DNA of 52,224 bases from Candidatus Woesearchaeota archaeon (GCA_964457475.1 CAYWEK010000001.1:1-52224), one strand, 5' to 3'. Shown: positions 9,068 to 18,686, counted from the stretch's first letter. Notes: generated by a model from the letters alone, not told the origin. Made by a program: numbers and translations.

Positions 9068-9376
9068 TTATTCCTTCATTTCAATCTTGATCTGAACAGA
9101 TCTCGGAATCTGAAGTTTCATTATCTGATGCAAAACTCTATCTTCTGCAGGTATATCAATGATTCTTCTATGAACACGCATTTCAAATCTATCAAAAGTT
9201 GCTGTTCCGTTACCACATGGACTCTTTCTGGTTGTGACCTTAAGATGCTTTGTGGGAAGAGGAATTGGACCTCTGACTAAAACTCCTGATCTATCTGTAA
9301 TTTCCTTTATTGAAGATATTACGGGATTCAGAGCATTTATATCAATACTTGCTAACTTAATTCTTACTTTTGCCAT
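9068..9376 (-). CDS. rps10: 30S ribosomal protein S10 (uS10)
   Basis: MAKVRIKLASIDINALN...VRGPIPLPTKHLKVTTRKSPCGNGTATFDRFEMRVHRRIIDI. A TATA (tttttaaat, 9398-9406) is centred 26 nt upstream of the ATG. Confidence 0.9.
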   Translation of the reverse strand: MAKVRIKLASIDINALNPVISSIKEITDRSGVLVRGPIPLPTKHLKVTTRKSPCGNGTATFDRFEMRVHRRIIDIPAEDRVLHQIMKLQIPRSVQIKIEMKE

Positions 9377-9422
9377 GTGAACTTTAGAAAAAACTGCTTT
9401 TTAAATCTTTAGTTGAAAAGAT

Positions 9423-9473
9423 GGCCCAGAGCGCCGCGTGCTCTGAGCCTTTCATCCCAGCCTAAGCGGGATG
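9423..9473. ncRNA. Pair of GC-rich hairpins, candidate small RNA (family unknown)
   Basis: Hairpin 1 is GGCCCAGAGC(9423-9432)/GCTCTGAGCC(9440-9449), 9 of 10 bp. Hairpin 2 is CATCCC(9453-9458)/GGGATG(9468-9473). They sit between the rps10 and HIT promoters, ~25 nt downstream of the same TATA element read on the plus strand. Confidence 0.25.
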
Positions 9474-9566
9474 AATATGATAAAAAATAGATAAAATGTG
9501 CATTAATAAATATGTCTTTTTAATTGTAAGATTATAATTTAAAAACTACACGATATTGATTATAAT

Positions 9567-9977
9567 ATGCCATGCCAATTATGCAAAGAATATGAGAGTA
9601 ATAAAACCACAATATATAGCACTAAGTACTCTTTTTGTATCGTAGCTAAATGGCCTTTAAAACCAGGACATGTTTTGGTCTTGCCTAAAAGACATGTAAA
9701 AAAGCTTTCCTCTTTGAGTAAAAATGAGGCAAAGGATTTACTTGATGAGGTCGAGAAAATGTCTCAGGTACTAAAAAGAATTTACAAGGAAGATTGTATA
9801 ATTCACCTTAATCGAGGTAGATTAGGTAGCCAACATCATATTCATGTGCATATAGTACCATCAAAAGAAGGACTTAGACCATTAATATCTCATTTAGAAA
9901 AAATTCCGCAAAGAAAGCACATATCTCTAGAAGAAATGGAAAAAATTAGAGACTATATAAAAAATAAAATAACATAA
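9567..9977 (+). CDS. HIT (histidine triad) family hydrolase
   Basis: GHVLVLPKRHV and the histidine triad HHIHVHIVP. Confidence 0.8.
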   Translation: MPCQLCKEYESNKTTIYSTKYSFCIVAKWPLKPGHVLVLPKRHVKKLSSLSKNEAKDLLDEVEKMSQVLKRIYKEDCIIHLNRGRLGSQHHIHVHIVPSKEGLRPLISHLEKIPQRKHISLEEMEKIRDYIKNKIT

Positions 9978-10008
9978 GGTATTTAAAAACATCTTGTTTT
10001 GTTGGTAA

Positions 10009-11715
10009 ATGGCTGAGCAAATACTTGTTTCATTGAGCCTCATAATCGCTGTTGCGGCGGTTATTACTATTATTATGAGGGTAATCAAACAGCCACCTAT
10101 TATCGCTTATCTTATATCGGGAGTTATTGTTGGTCCCCTCTTCCTAAATATAATAAATCCTTCCAGCGCGACTTCTAGCCTTCTATTGTTATTTTCCCAT
10201 ATAGGAGTTTCTTTGCTTCTTTTCATAGTTGGTCTAAGTCTTGATTTTCGCCTTTTGAAAGAATTGGGAAATGTATCTTTTCTTGCAGGGCTTGCGCAAA
10301 TAATAATAACTGCGGGACTCGGTTATATGATTGCCATAGGTATGGGCTTTGGGGTTATGGGTGCGATATATATTGCTCTTGCTCTAGCTTTCTCATCAAC
10401 AGTGGTTGTGGTTAAGATATTATCCGATAAAAAGGAAATTGACACATTACATGGCAGAATAACTCTTGGAATTCTAATAGTTCAAGACTTTGTCGCGGCT
10501 CTTGCGTTAATGATAGTTCCATTTTTCAACAAAACTGGAAATCTTGCCAGCATTGCAAGTAACTTCGGAATAATAATCATATTTACAATACTTATCTTCA
10601 TCCTTTCAACATTTGTATTTAATAGGATGCTTAATTATCTTGCAAGAAACCAGGAGGTCCTCTTCCTTTTCGGAATTGCTTGGGCACTAATACTTGCCAC
10701 GGCATTTAATTATCTTGGATTCTCATCTGAAATAGGTGCGCTGATTGCAGGAATGAGTCTTGCTTCAAGCAAATACACGCTTGAACTTGAAGGTAAAATA
10801 AAACCACTACGTGATTTCTTCATAGTATTATTCTTCATATTTTTTGGGAATCAATTGGCTGGTAGCATAAATGCTGATTTAATAAGAAATGCTATACTAT
10901 TATCTGTATTTGTCATAGTAGGAAAGCCGATAATTGTGATGGGCATATTAAGATTCTTTGGCTATAAGAAAAGGACAAATTTCCTTGTTGGAACAGGTCT
11001 TGCACAGATAAGTGAATTCTCCCTGATTCTCGTATTGCTTGGATTCAGTCTGGGATACCTAAATCAAGAAGTCATGAGTCTTGTTGTATTGGTTTCGATA
11101 TTCACAATAGCATTCAGCAGCTATGGAATATATTATTCTGGCACAGTATATAAGTCAATTTCCAGCGTTCTTGGCATATTTGAAAACAAAAAGTACAAAT
11201 TGCAAAATGAGAAAAAAATCAGAGAAAAATATGATATCATCATGTTTGGTTATCATAGAATAGGATATAAAATATTGCAAACATTGAAAAAAAGCAATGC
11301 AAACTTTGCAGTTGTGGATTATAATCCAAAAGTAATACTTGCACTGAGCAAAGAAGGGGTAAACTGTATATATGGTGACGCTGCGAATAAAGAGTTTTTA
11401 AGAGAAATATCCATTGACAAAACAAAAATTATCATATCAACTATACCTGATGAGGCTTCAAATCTTGCCATAAGAGAGATACTAAAAGAAACAAATTCAA
11501 AAGCAACATTCCTCGCAACTGCTGAACAGCCAAGATCAGCACTTGACTTGTATGAGCAAGGCGTTGATTATGTCATAATTCCTCATCATCTTGGCGGAAG
11601 CTTTATTTCCACTCTAATAAGAGCTTTTGGAACAAGTAGAGAGAAATACAAGAAAGCCGGAAAAGACCATTATAATGAGCTTAAGAAGGCGAGAAATAAT
11701 TCCAACTTCATGTAA
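10009..11715 (+). CDS. CPA2 cation:proton antiporter (Kef-type) with C-terminal RCK/TrkA-N domain
   Basis: About 12 TM segments are followed by a Rossmann-like IIMFGYHRIGYKILQTLKKSNANFAVVDYN. Confidence 0.8.
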   Translation: MAEQILVSLSLIIAVAAVITIIMRVIKQPPIIAYLISGVIVGPLFLNIINPSSATSSLLLLFSHIGVSLLLFIVGLSLDFRLLKELGNVSFLAGLAQIIITAGLGYMIAIGMGFGVMGAIYIALALAFSSTVVVVKILSDKKEIDTLHGRITLGILIVQDFVAALALMIVPFFNKTGNLASIASNFGIIIIFTILIFILSTFVFNRMLNYLARNQEVLFLFGIAWALILATAFNYLGFSSEIGALIAGMSLASSKYTLELEGKIKPLRDFFIVLFFIFFGNQLAGSINADLIRNAILLSVFVIVGKPIIVMGILRFFGYKKRTNFLVGTGLAQISEFSLILVLLGFSLGYLNQEVMSLVVLVSIFTIAFSSYGIYYSGTVYKSISSVLGIFENKKYKLQNEKKIREKYDIIMFGYHRIGYKILQTLKKSNANFAVVDYNPKVILALSKEGVNCIYGDAANKEFLREISIDKTKIIISTIPDEASNLAIREILKETNSKATFLATAEQPRSALDLYEQGVDYVIIPHHLGGSFISTLIRAFGTSREKYKKAGKDHYNELKKARNNSNFM

Positions 11716-11752
11716 TATTAAACTTTAAATAAGCCTTCTATTTATATTAAAT

Positions 11753-13054
11753 ATGATAGATATAAATCTTTTAAGGGAAAATCCTGAAGTTGTCGGAGAG
11801 AATATAATAAGAAAGGGACAGAAGGATAAACTAGTTCTTATTGATAAATCAAAGAAGCTGGATGAAGAGTGGAGAAAGCTAAAGACCGAATCTGATATGC
11901 TTAGAGCTGAAAGAAATTCAATCTCAAAGAAAATAAGTGAAGCTAAAAAAGAGGGTAAAGATGCCAAAGAGCTGATGAAGAAAGCACAGAAGATTCCAGA
12001 TGAAATATCTGAAATAGAAAACAAAATGGAAAAAATTCAGACGGAAATAACTGCTGCGATTAGACAAATGCCTAACATTATGTGGAAAGGCGTGCCAAAG
12101 GGCAAAGATTCATCAGAAAATGTTGAGATAAAGAAAGGCGGGAAAATACCTAAGTTTGATTTTCCTGTCAAAACTCATGTTGAATTAGCAGAAAAGCTTG
12201 ATTTGGCTGATTTCGATGCTTCTGCAAGAACATCAGGAAATGGTTTTTACTACCTGAAAAATGAGCTGGCTTTATTGAACCAGTCTCTTGTAAGATTTGC
12301 AATTGATTTTATGAAGGAAAAAGGATATACTTATATTGAACCTCCTTTAATGCTGCATGAGAAAGAAATTTATGCCTCAATGGATAAGACTGCGATAGAA
12401 CAATCCGTCTATTCAATAAAAGATGAGGACCTAAATTTGATAGGCACTGCAGAGCAATCTTTGCTTGCAATGCATTCTGGCCAAACAATACCTGAATGGG
12501 AACTACCAAAGAAATATTTTGCATATACGATGTGTTTCAGAAAAGAAGTTGGTGCACATGGAATCAATGAAAAAGGTTTATGGAGGACTCACCAATTCAA
12601 CAAGGTTGAACAGTTTATATTCTGCAGACCAGAGGATTCTGAGAAATTATATGATGAATTAATGAAGAACTCTGAGGAAATACTGAAGGCTCTTGAGATA
12701 CCATATAGAATATTGGAGATTTGCACTGGAGATTTGGCTGATTGGAAATATCGTTCAGCTGATTTTGATATCTGGAGACCCACAACAAATAGCTACGGAG
12801 AGGTCATGTCTCTTTCAAATTGTACCGATTACCAAGCACGTAAGCTTTCAATCAAATGTATTGATAGAAAAGGTGGGAAAAGAGTGGTTCACACATTGAA
12901 CAATACTGCTCTTGCAACATCACGAATTATGGTGGGTATAATGGAAAATTTCCAGCAAAAGGACGGCAGTATAAAAATACCTAAAGCTCTTTGGTCTTAT
13001 ACAGGATTCAAGGAAATAAAATCCAAAAAGGAAAAGAAACCTAAGAAAACTTAG
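11753..13054 (+). CDS. serS: Seryl-tRNA synthetase
   Basis: MIDINLLRENPE plus an N-terminal coiled-coil arm. Class II motifs are present (FRKEVGAHG..., TLNNTALATSR). Confidence 0.9.
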   Translation: MIDINLLRENPEVVGENIIRKGQKDKLVLIDKSKKLDEEWRKLKTESDMLRAERNSISKKISEAKKEGKDAKELMKKAQKIPDEISEIENKMEKIQTEITAAIRQMPNIMWKGVPKGKDSSENVEIKKGGKIPKFDFPVKTHVELAEKLDLADFDASARTSGNGFYYLKNELALLNQSLVRFAIDFMKEKGYTYIEPPLMLHEKEIYASMDKTAIEQSVYSIKDEDLNLIGTAEQSLLAMHSGQTIPEWELPKKYFAYTMCFRKEVGAHGINEKGLWRTHQFNKVEQFIFCRPEDSEKLYDELMKNSEEILKALEIPYRILEICTGDLADWKYRSADFDIWRPTTNSYGEVMSLSNCTDYQARKLSIKCIDRKGGKRVVHTLNNTALATSRIMVGIMENFQQKDGSIKIPKALWSYTGFKEIKSKKEKKPKKT

Positions 13055-13416
13055 TCTCTTTCAACTGATATTGAATTTTTTGCGTTTGAAATAACGACTC
13101 TGTTTTTGATACTTCTCTTTATTGCGGCATCGAGAGTCGCAATATAATATCCTTTCTTGCTTTTTTCTATCAGACCTTCATCAATTGGAACATTACCTAG
13201 CTTTATCTTCTTAATTTTTTTTGATTCAAACATAGTTATTGCTATTTCAACTGCTGCTTTGCTGTCTGGAGAGATCTTTTTTCTTAAATCCTTGAGTTCC
13301 TGATAAACTTCCCTAGGTAGAACTATCTTAAATCCGATTTCTTCCAACTCTGAGACAAAATCAATCTTCCTTTTTATGCAGGAGATGATAAAATTAGTAT
13401 CGAGAATCACTTCCAT
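13051..13416 (-). CDS. PIN-domain nuclease (Fcf1/VapC-like)
   Basis: The N-terminal VILDTNFII, VLPREVYQELKDL and the ~120 aa size fit small archaeal PIN proteins. The 3' end overlaps the serS stop. Confidence 0.6.
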   Translation of the reverse strand: MEVILDTNFIISCIKRKIDFVSELEEIGFKIVLPREVYQELKDLRKKISPDSKAAVEIAITMFESKKIKKIKLGNVPIDEGLIEKSKKGYYIATLDAAIKRSIKNRVVISNAKNSISVERD

Positions 13417-13467
13417 TCATTATATCAGGAATAAAAAATTTATAAACCTTGTTATGTATGTTATTTT

Positions 13468-14028
13468 ATGGAAGAGGTTGAGCACTTAGTCGAAGTTATC
13501 AAAGGGACTGAGATAGCTTTACTTAGAAAAGATGCTGTAAAACTTAAAGATTTATCAAACCAAACAGTACATCAGGCGGCAAGCCATCAGGATGAGGGTT
13601 GCATAACTCTTGCAGTCTTAATTTATGCATTAAGCAAGCTTATTGAGAGAAAAGATTATGAAAGAATAAAGAACTGGGATAAATTTGTCAAAAAAATATC
13701 TGCTTTTCTTGATTTAGCGATAACAACATTGAAAGAAGGGAATGAAAGCAAATATAAAGTTTATCTTGAAATGAGTAGAAAGACTTTAACTTCTATATCT
13801 GTCAATCTTAAACCATATATACAGGAAGTTTTAAGGAAGGCAGCAATAAACAAAGCATCGAAAATATATGAGCATGGCGTATCAATGGAAGCAACTGCGA
13901 AGATGCTTGGTATTACGCAATGGGAACTGTCTGAATATGCTGGACAGAAACAGACTTCTGATAACCCCTATAATGAAACTATTGATGTGAAAAAGAGAGC
14001 GCAGACGGCTCTGGAGTTTTTCTCATGA
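13468..14028 (+). CDS. Hypothetical protein with C-terminal HTH
   Basis: Helical protein ending in an XRE-like HTH (ATAKMLGITQWELSEYAGQ). A TATA is centred 26 nt upstream of the ATG. Confidence 0.5.
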   Translation: MEEVEHLVEVIKGTEIALLRKDAVKLKDLSNQTVHQAASHQDEGCITLAVLIYALSKLIERKDYERIKNWDKFVKKISAFLDLAITTLKEGNESKYKVYLEMSRKTLTSISVNLKPYIQEVLRKAAINKASKIYEHGVSMEATAKMLGITQWELSEYAGQKQTSDNPYNETIDVKKRAQTALEFFS

Positions 14029-14483
14029 AAATAAGAAAAGCCACGATTAAAGACCTGTATACCATTAAGAATCTCAATCAAGAACTATTTCACGATAATA
14101 AAAAATACGACAAGACTTTAGATATTATGTGGCCTAGAAAAAATTTGAAATATTATAGAAACTGTATATTGGGAAGGAATTCCGTTGCATTTGTAGCTGA
14201 AGAAGATAACAAGGTAGTAGGGTATATTATTGGTTCAATAGCTGAAGTTGAGGATTATAGAATTGTAAAAAAGATGGGTGAGGTTGAAAATTTGATTGTT
14301 CTTCCTTATTATAGAGGAAGAGGGATAGCCAAAAAATTGATGAGAGAATTTATCATTTGGGCTAAGAAAAGAAAGGTCAAAAGAATAAAAGTTTCAATTT
14401 ATGCTGATAATGAATTATCGGTAAATTTTCATAGAAAAATGGGTTTTGTCGATTATGATAAAACTATGGAGCTTGAGATATGA
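14025..14483 (+). CDS. GNAT-family N-acetyltransferase
   Basis: Acetyl-CoA-binding motif LIVLPYYRGRGIAKKLM. There are 4-nt overlaps with both neighbours. Confidence 0.75.
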   Translation: MKIRKATIKDLYTIKNLNQELFHDNKKYDKTLDIMWPRKNLKYYRNCILGRNSVAFVAEEDNKVVGYIIGSIAEVEDYRIVKKMGEVENLIVLPYYRGRGIAKKLMREFIIWAKKRKVKRIKVSIYADNELSVNFHRKMGFVDYDKTMELEI

Positions 14484-15154
14484 AAGTTCTTATTTTTGAT
14501 TCTGGAGTTTTGATAAATTTGTCAATGAGCGGGCTTTTGGATGTATTAGAAAATTTAAAGAAAGGATTTGACGGGAAATTTATTATAACCGAACCAGTAA
14601 GATATGAAACTATTGATCGACCTGTTGGTATTGAAAGATTTGAGCTTGGAGCATTAAGAGTTGAGAGTTTAATAAATTCAGGAATAATAGAGATGGCTTC
14701 TTCTCTTGGCGTTGATGATAGTGAACTTAAAAGGCATACAAAAGAGATGCTTGATCAGGCAAATCATTTGATGCAATTAAGAACTGGATGGACACATCTT
14801 GTTGACGAAGCAGAAGTTTCCTGCTTGGCATTAAGCTCTATGCTAACCGAAAAAGGAATAGAAAATCTTGTTGCAATAGATGAGAGAACTATGAGAACAA
14901 TATGTGAAAATCCAGAGCATCTTGAAATGATAATGTCAAGCAAATTACATGAAAATGTTCATCTTGTGAACCCTGAATATGCTGGATTTTCAAAATTTAG
15001 GGTAATAAGATCTTCAGAAATTGTATATGTTGCTTACAAAAAAGGTCTTATAGAATTAACAGGAAACAAAGTTCTTGAGGCTCTTTTATATGCCACAAAA
15101 TACCACGGAACATCCATATCATTTGAAGAGATAAATATTCTGAAAAAGATGTAA
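14480..15154 (+). CDS. PIN-like domain protein (hypothetical)
   Basis: Acidic residues are spaced as in the PIN fold (LIFDSG, ITEPV, LVDEAEVS, AIDERT). Assignment is by pattern only. Confidence 0.4.
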   Translation: MKVLIFDSGVLINLSMSGLLDVLENLKKGFDGKFIITEPVRYETIDRPVGIERFELGALRVESLINSGIIEMASSLGVDDSELKRHTKEMLDQANHLMQLRTGWTHLVDEAEVSCLALSSMLTEKGIENLVAIDERTMRTICENPEHLEMIMSSKLHENVHLVNPEYAGFSKFRVIRSSEIVYVAYKKGLIELTGNKVLEALLYATKYHGTSISFEEINILKKM

Positions 15155-15155
15155 T

Positions 15156-15839
15156 TTATTTCTTAATTCTCCAATCTTCTTTCCAGTCACTTGAGCTATT
15201 CAAATAATCTCTTAAAAAAACTATTTCATTACCGAATTCTCTTTTAAGCCTATTTCCAGGTTCTAAACTAGTGTATGCATGCCTTACCTTATAGCATGGA
15301 TCATCTTTAGATTCTTGTAGCTTTGGCATGTTAGCAAATTTTGGATCTCCATAGAGAGTATTTCCGCTTCCTATTCTAGTATCTGTTCCAAATCTAGGAT
15401 CATATAGCCGGCACCAATGCAATATTGAAGACCCGTCGCCAAATTTACATTTGCTCCCTACAACAGACCAAGCATCAATTTCAGACCCGTCCCCGAATTC
15501 GCAATTTGCACCTATATCTGCATAATGGCCGATTCTTACATTATTGCCTAATAATGAACTTTCGCCTATTCTTACATTATCTCTTATGTTTACATTGTTT
15601 CCGACCTTGCACTGGATTAGCGAACAATTTTCTCCTACTTGTACTCCCTCATCTAAAATACATCCTACAAGAAAGCTTTTCCTTCCTATATTTGAAGATG
15701 GTAATATTAATTGATTGACATATATTTGCTTTTCTTTAAAATCCTTTACGTTTATTTTTGGTAGGACATCTGGATTTTTTAATACTTCTTGTAAATCTAA
15801 ATAAGAAAACCTCAAAGCTGAAGAGAACTCCATAATCAT
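15156..15839 (-). CDS. Left-handed beta-helix (hexapeptide-repeat) protein
   Basis: Repeated [LIV]-G-x4 hexapeptides: VGNNVNIRDNVRIGESSLLGNNVRIGHYADIGANCEFGDGSEI. Confidence 0.55.
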   Translation of the reverse strand: MIMEFSSALRFSYLDLQEVLKNPDVLPKINVKDFKEKQIYVNQLILPSSNIGRKSFLVGCILDEGVQVGENCSLIQCKVGNNVNIRDNVRIGESSLLGNNVRIGHYADIGANCEFGDGSEIDAWSVVGSKCKFGDGSSILHWCRLYDPRFGTDTRIGSGNTLYGDPKFANMPKLQESKDDPCYKVRHAYTSLEPGNRLKREFGNEIVFLRDYLNSSSDWKEDWRIKK

Positions 15840-15901
15840 ATAATAACTGTAAGTATCTCGTTTAAATAGAATATTGTTATGGGAAATATATTATGATTAA
15901 A

Positions 15902-15972
15902 TGGGCCCAGGAGGAATCGAACCCCCGCCAAGCGGGCTGGAGCCGCTTATACTACCATTATACTATGGACCC
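15902..15972 (-). tRNA. tRNA-Trp (anticodon CCA)
   Basis: Reverse-complement cloverleaf: acceptor GGGTCCA/TGGGCCC, anticodon stem AGCGG/CCGCT with loop CTCCAGC, T arm GGGGG-TTCGATT-CCTCC. No CCA is encoded. Confidence 0.9.
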
Positions 15973-16051
15973 TCTAAATTGTTAAAGGAAATGGTATTTT
16001 AAGCTTTACTGATGGCTAAAGATTTATAAATAAAATTTACCTGTAAAAAGC

Positions 16052-16495
16052 ATGCCAAAGAGCAGTAAAAAAGATGGTTCTTCCGAGGTTTTGACGAAAG
16101 CTGAAACTCGAAGATTGCAAGAGAAGTTGATAGAAAATCTTATTGAATTGCAGAAAGTTCATACCGGCATGGCTGAAAAATTTGATAAGCTGTCCGGACA
16201 GATAGAAAACCTTCTAACATTATTTGAAATGGCTGCAAGGAGCTTTGCGGAACACCCGGCAAATCAGGGAACTGAGAAAGACAAGGACTTCCTTGAAAAG
16301 ATTAACAAATTACTTGATCAGAATAAGACAATAGCTAAAGGTCTTACTTTGATGGAAGAAAGATTTAGAGAAAAGCTTTATGGTGGTAATGAACCTGCTC
16401 CGCAAAAACAGCAACAGCAGCCGCGCCAGGATCAGCAGAGCAGAGACGATGAATATATGTCATCAGAAATCAGCAGACCTCTGCCGAAATTCTAA
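16052..16495 (+). CDS. Hypothetical coiled-coil protein with Q-rich tail
   Basis: Heptad-like helical N-terminal part and a QKQQQQPRQDQQSRDD tail. A TATA is centred 25 nt upstream of the ATG. Confidence 0.5.
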   Translation: MPKSSKKDGSSEVLTKAETRRLQEKLIENLIELQKVHTGMAEKFDKLSGQIENLLTLFEMAARSFAEHPANQGTEKDKDFLEKINKLLDQNKTIAKGLTLMEERFREKLYGGNEPAPQKQQQQPRQDQQSRDDEYMSSEISRPLPKF

Positions 16496-16500
16496 GTAAA

Positions 16501-17340
16501 ATGGCATCAAATAAAGAACTTGACCTTGGGGGAGATTTTCTAGTTTCATTTGTTCAGGCATTAATGAAAAATATGATTGACTCTGGAATGATCAAAGTTG
16601 ATAAATATCCTGACATCGAAAAAATAAAGCAGAATATAAAAATCTATGAAAAACCTGAAAATACAATTGCAAATGCAATTCTGATGAACCAAAATCCTGA
16701 AATACAAAAGATGATGATGCAACCTTATGAATCTGTAAAAGAAGTCTACACAAATAAGGCAAATATCGCAAGTATTATGCAAAACGGAAACATTACTGGT
16801 GCGCAAAATCCTAATTTACTTAGGATGTCAAATTTAAAGCAACAGATTAGATCAGTCAGAAATAACTCATTTACATCTCCAGTTTCTCAACCAATGCCTT
16901 TCATGCATAAAGAAACAAATATGAGAATGCTTCCTGCTTCAGGTAGGACAAATGTTGTTCAAATAAAGGAAATTCCTGTCCAAGCAGCCCCTGCTGCTCC
17001 TGAAAAAGTGACTTTACTTGGGTTATCACAGCTAGATGGTATTCTCTCTGATCCTTATGTACAAACGATTGAATGCCCTGGTCCAAATAAACCTCTTCTT
17101 ATATATAAGGGAGGAGCAGTACAGGCTTCAAAGTTTAATCTTACCTCTGATGAAATAAAGGGTATAATAAAAGATATATCTGAAAAAACGAGAATACCTT
17201 TGGCCTCAGGAGTTTTTAAGGCAGCATATGGGAATCTTATAATAACTGCTGTGATGTCTGATTTCGTAGGAACCAGATTTATGGTACAGAAGAAGCCCCA
17301 GTCTCCAGCTCCAGGACCAACTTCTATTTATCAGCAATAA
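16501..17340 (+). CDS. Protein whose C-terminal ~110 aa resemble the N-terminal domain of FlaI/PilB/VirB11 secretion ATPases; no ATPase domain
   Basis: LDGILSDPYVQTIECPGPNKPLLIYKGG ... SDEIKGIIKDISEKTRIPL ... GNLIITAVMSDFVGTRFMVQKK follows the L.DP.V.EI..NG...V.V...G ... P.vda.L.dG.R......G..f.IRK pattern. It ends where Walker A would normally begin. Confidence 0.45.
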   Translation: MASNKELDLGGDFLVSFVQALMKNMIDSGMIKVDKYPDIEKIKQNIKIYEKPENTIANAILMNQNPEIQKMMMQPYESVKEVYTNKANIASIMQNGNITGAQNPNLLRMSNLKQQIRSVRNNSFTSPVSQPMPFMHKETNMRMLPASGRTNVVQIKEIPVQAAPAAPEKVTLLGLSQLDGILSDPYVQTIECPGPNKPLLIYKGGAVQASKFNLTSDEIKGIIKDISEKTRIPLASGVFKAAYGNLIITAVMSDFVGTRFMVQKKPQSPAPGPTSIYQQ

Positions 17341-17368
17341 ATTTAAACCCTTTTTTATCTAGTAATTA

Positions 17369-17971
17369 ATGAAAAATGAATTAAGAGATCTTTATAATTC
17401 TAAAAAAGAAGAAATTAAACTAAGATTATCAAAATTTAACAATCTGGATGAAGATAAGCAATTCAAAGAAATGCTTTTCTGCTTGCTTACTCCACAGAGT
17501 AAAGCTCAAAAATGCTGGCAAGCCGTAGAAGAAATTTCTAAATTAAAGGAGTGGAACAGAAATAATATAAGTAACATATTGAGGAAATATACAAGATTCC
17601 ACAATAATAAAACAGGTTATATCCTTGAATCTAGCAAAACGTGGCAATTGATCTCTCCAAATCTTAATAATAAAGATAGAATGAATTTAAGAAACTTTAT
17701 TGCTGATAATGTCAAGGGTTATGGCTTAAAAGAATCAGGACATTTTCTTCGTAATATAGGAAAATCTGATAATCAGATTGCTATTCTTGACAGACACATA
17801 TTAAGGAATCTCAAAGAACTAGGAGTCATTGAAAATGATAAAATAAAAAATAAAAGAAACTATTTTGACATTGAGAACAAATTCCTTGATTTTTCAAAAT
17901 CGATTGGAATTCCAATCGATGAGCTTGATCTCCTCTTCTGGAGTAAAGAGAACGGAGAGATATTTAAGTAA
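17369..17971 (+). CDS. ogg: N-glycosylase/DNA lyase (archaeal Ogg2-type 8-oxoguanine glycosylase)
   Basis: FKEMLFCLLTPQSKA and the HhH region GYGLKESGHFLRNIG...AILDRHILR. Confidence 0.65.
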   Translation: MKNELRDLYNSKKEEIKLRLSKFNNLDEDKQFKEMLFCLLTPQSKAQKCWQAVEEISKLKEWNRNNISNILRKYTRFHNNKTGYILESSKTWQLISPNLNNKDRMNLRNFIADNVKGYGLKESGHFLRNIGKSDNQIAILDRHILRNLKELGVIENDKIKNKRNYFDIENKFLDFSKSIGIPIDELDLLFWSKENGEIFK

Positions 17972-18002
17972 GGTTTAAATAAAATCTTTCTTTGATAATG
18001 AG

Positions 18003-18686
18003 ATGAAGGTGATGGTACTAAGCTTGGGTGGGTCTTTGATTGTGCCCGACGCTATTGATTTCTCATTCCTTGATAAATTCAAGAAAGAAATTGAAAAAAA
18101 CTGCAAAAAAACTAAGTTTGTAATTGTTTGCGGTGGAGGAAGTGTTGCACGCAAATATATTAATGCCCTTCGCAAAGAAGGAAAAAGTGAAAAAGAACTT
18201 GCATTTGCAGGAATGGAATCTACCAGGATGAACGCTCGCTTTTTGATGCAGTTTTTCGGAAAAGAAGCAAACCATTCCCTTCCAAGAGACATGCAGGATG
18301 TACGCAATGACCTCTTGAAGCACAATATTGTAATTTGTGGGGCTTTAAGATACGCCGACAATGAAACATCTGATGGTACTGCTGCAAAGATTGCAAACTT
18401 CCTTAGTGCAGAGTTCATCAATCTTACAAATGTTAAAGGATTATATACATCTGATCCTAGAAAGAATAAAAATTCAAAGTTTATTTCAAAAATAGATTGG
18501 ATAGATTTCCAAAAAATGATAGACAAGATAAAATTTGAGGCTGGACAGCACTTCGTCCTTGACCAACAAGCCGCAAAGGTGATAAAAGAGCATAAAATTA
18601 AGACATATATCATTGATGGCAGACCAAATAACATAGAAAAGATCATAAACGGAAAGAGATTTATAGGCACACTTATTTCTGACTAG
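18003..18686 (+). CDS. pyrH: Uridylate (UMP) kinase, archaeal type
   Basis: LSLGGSLIVPD, VIVCGGGSVARKYI, TSDGTAAKIANFL and NVKGLYTSDPRKN are collinear with archaeal PyrH. Confidence 0.85.
   Translation: MKVMVLSLGGSLIVPDAIDFSFLDKFKKEIEKNCKKTKFVIVCGGGSVARKYINALRKEGKSEKELAFAGMESTRMNARFLMQFFGKEANHSLPRDMQDVRNDLLKHNIVICGALRYADNETSDGTAAKIANFLSAEFINLTNVKGLYTSDPRKNKNSKFISKIDWIDFQKMIDKIKFEAGQHFVLDQQAAKVIKEHKIKTYIIDGRPNNIEKIINGKRFIGTLISD

Noticed and set aside
17975-18670. 231-aa minus-strand ORF covering the same DNA as pyrH
   Set aside because: It is antisense to a gene with clear UMP-kinase motifs, and its translation is F/S/L-rich low complexity typical of antisense frames in AT-rich DNA. The same reasoning applies to 23654-24115, 43512-44012, 11725-12024, 39556-39975, 21065-21391, 8553-8879 and similar short overlapping ORFs.
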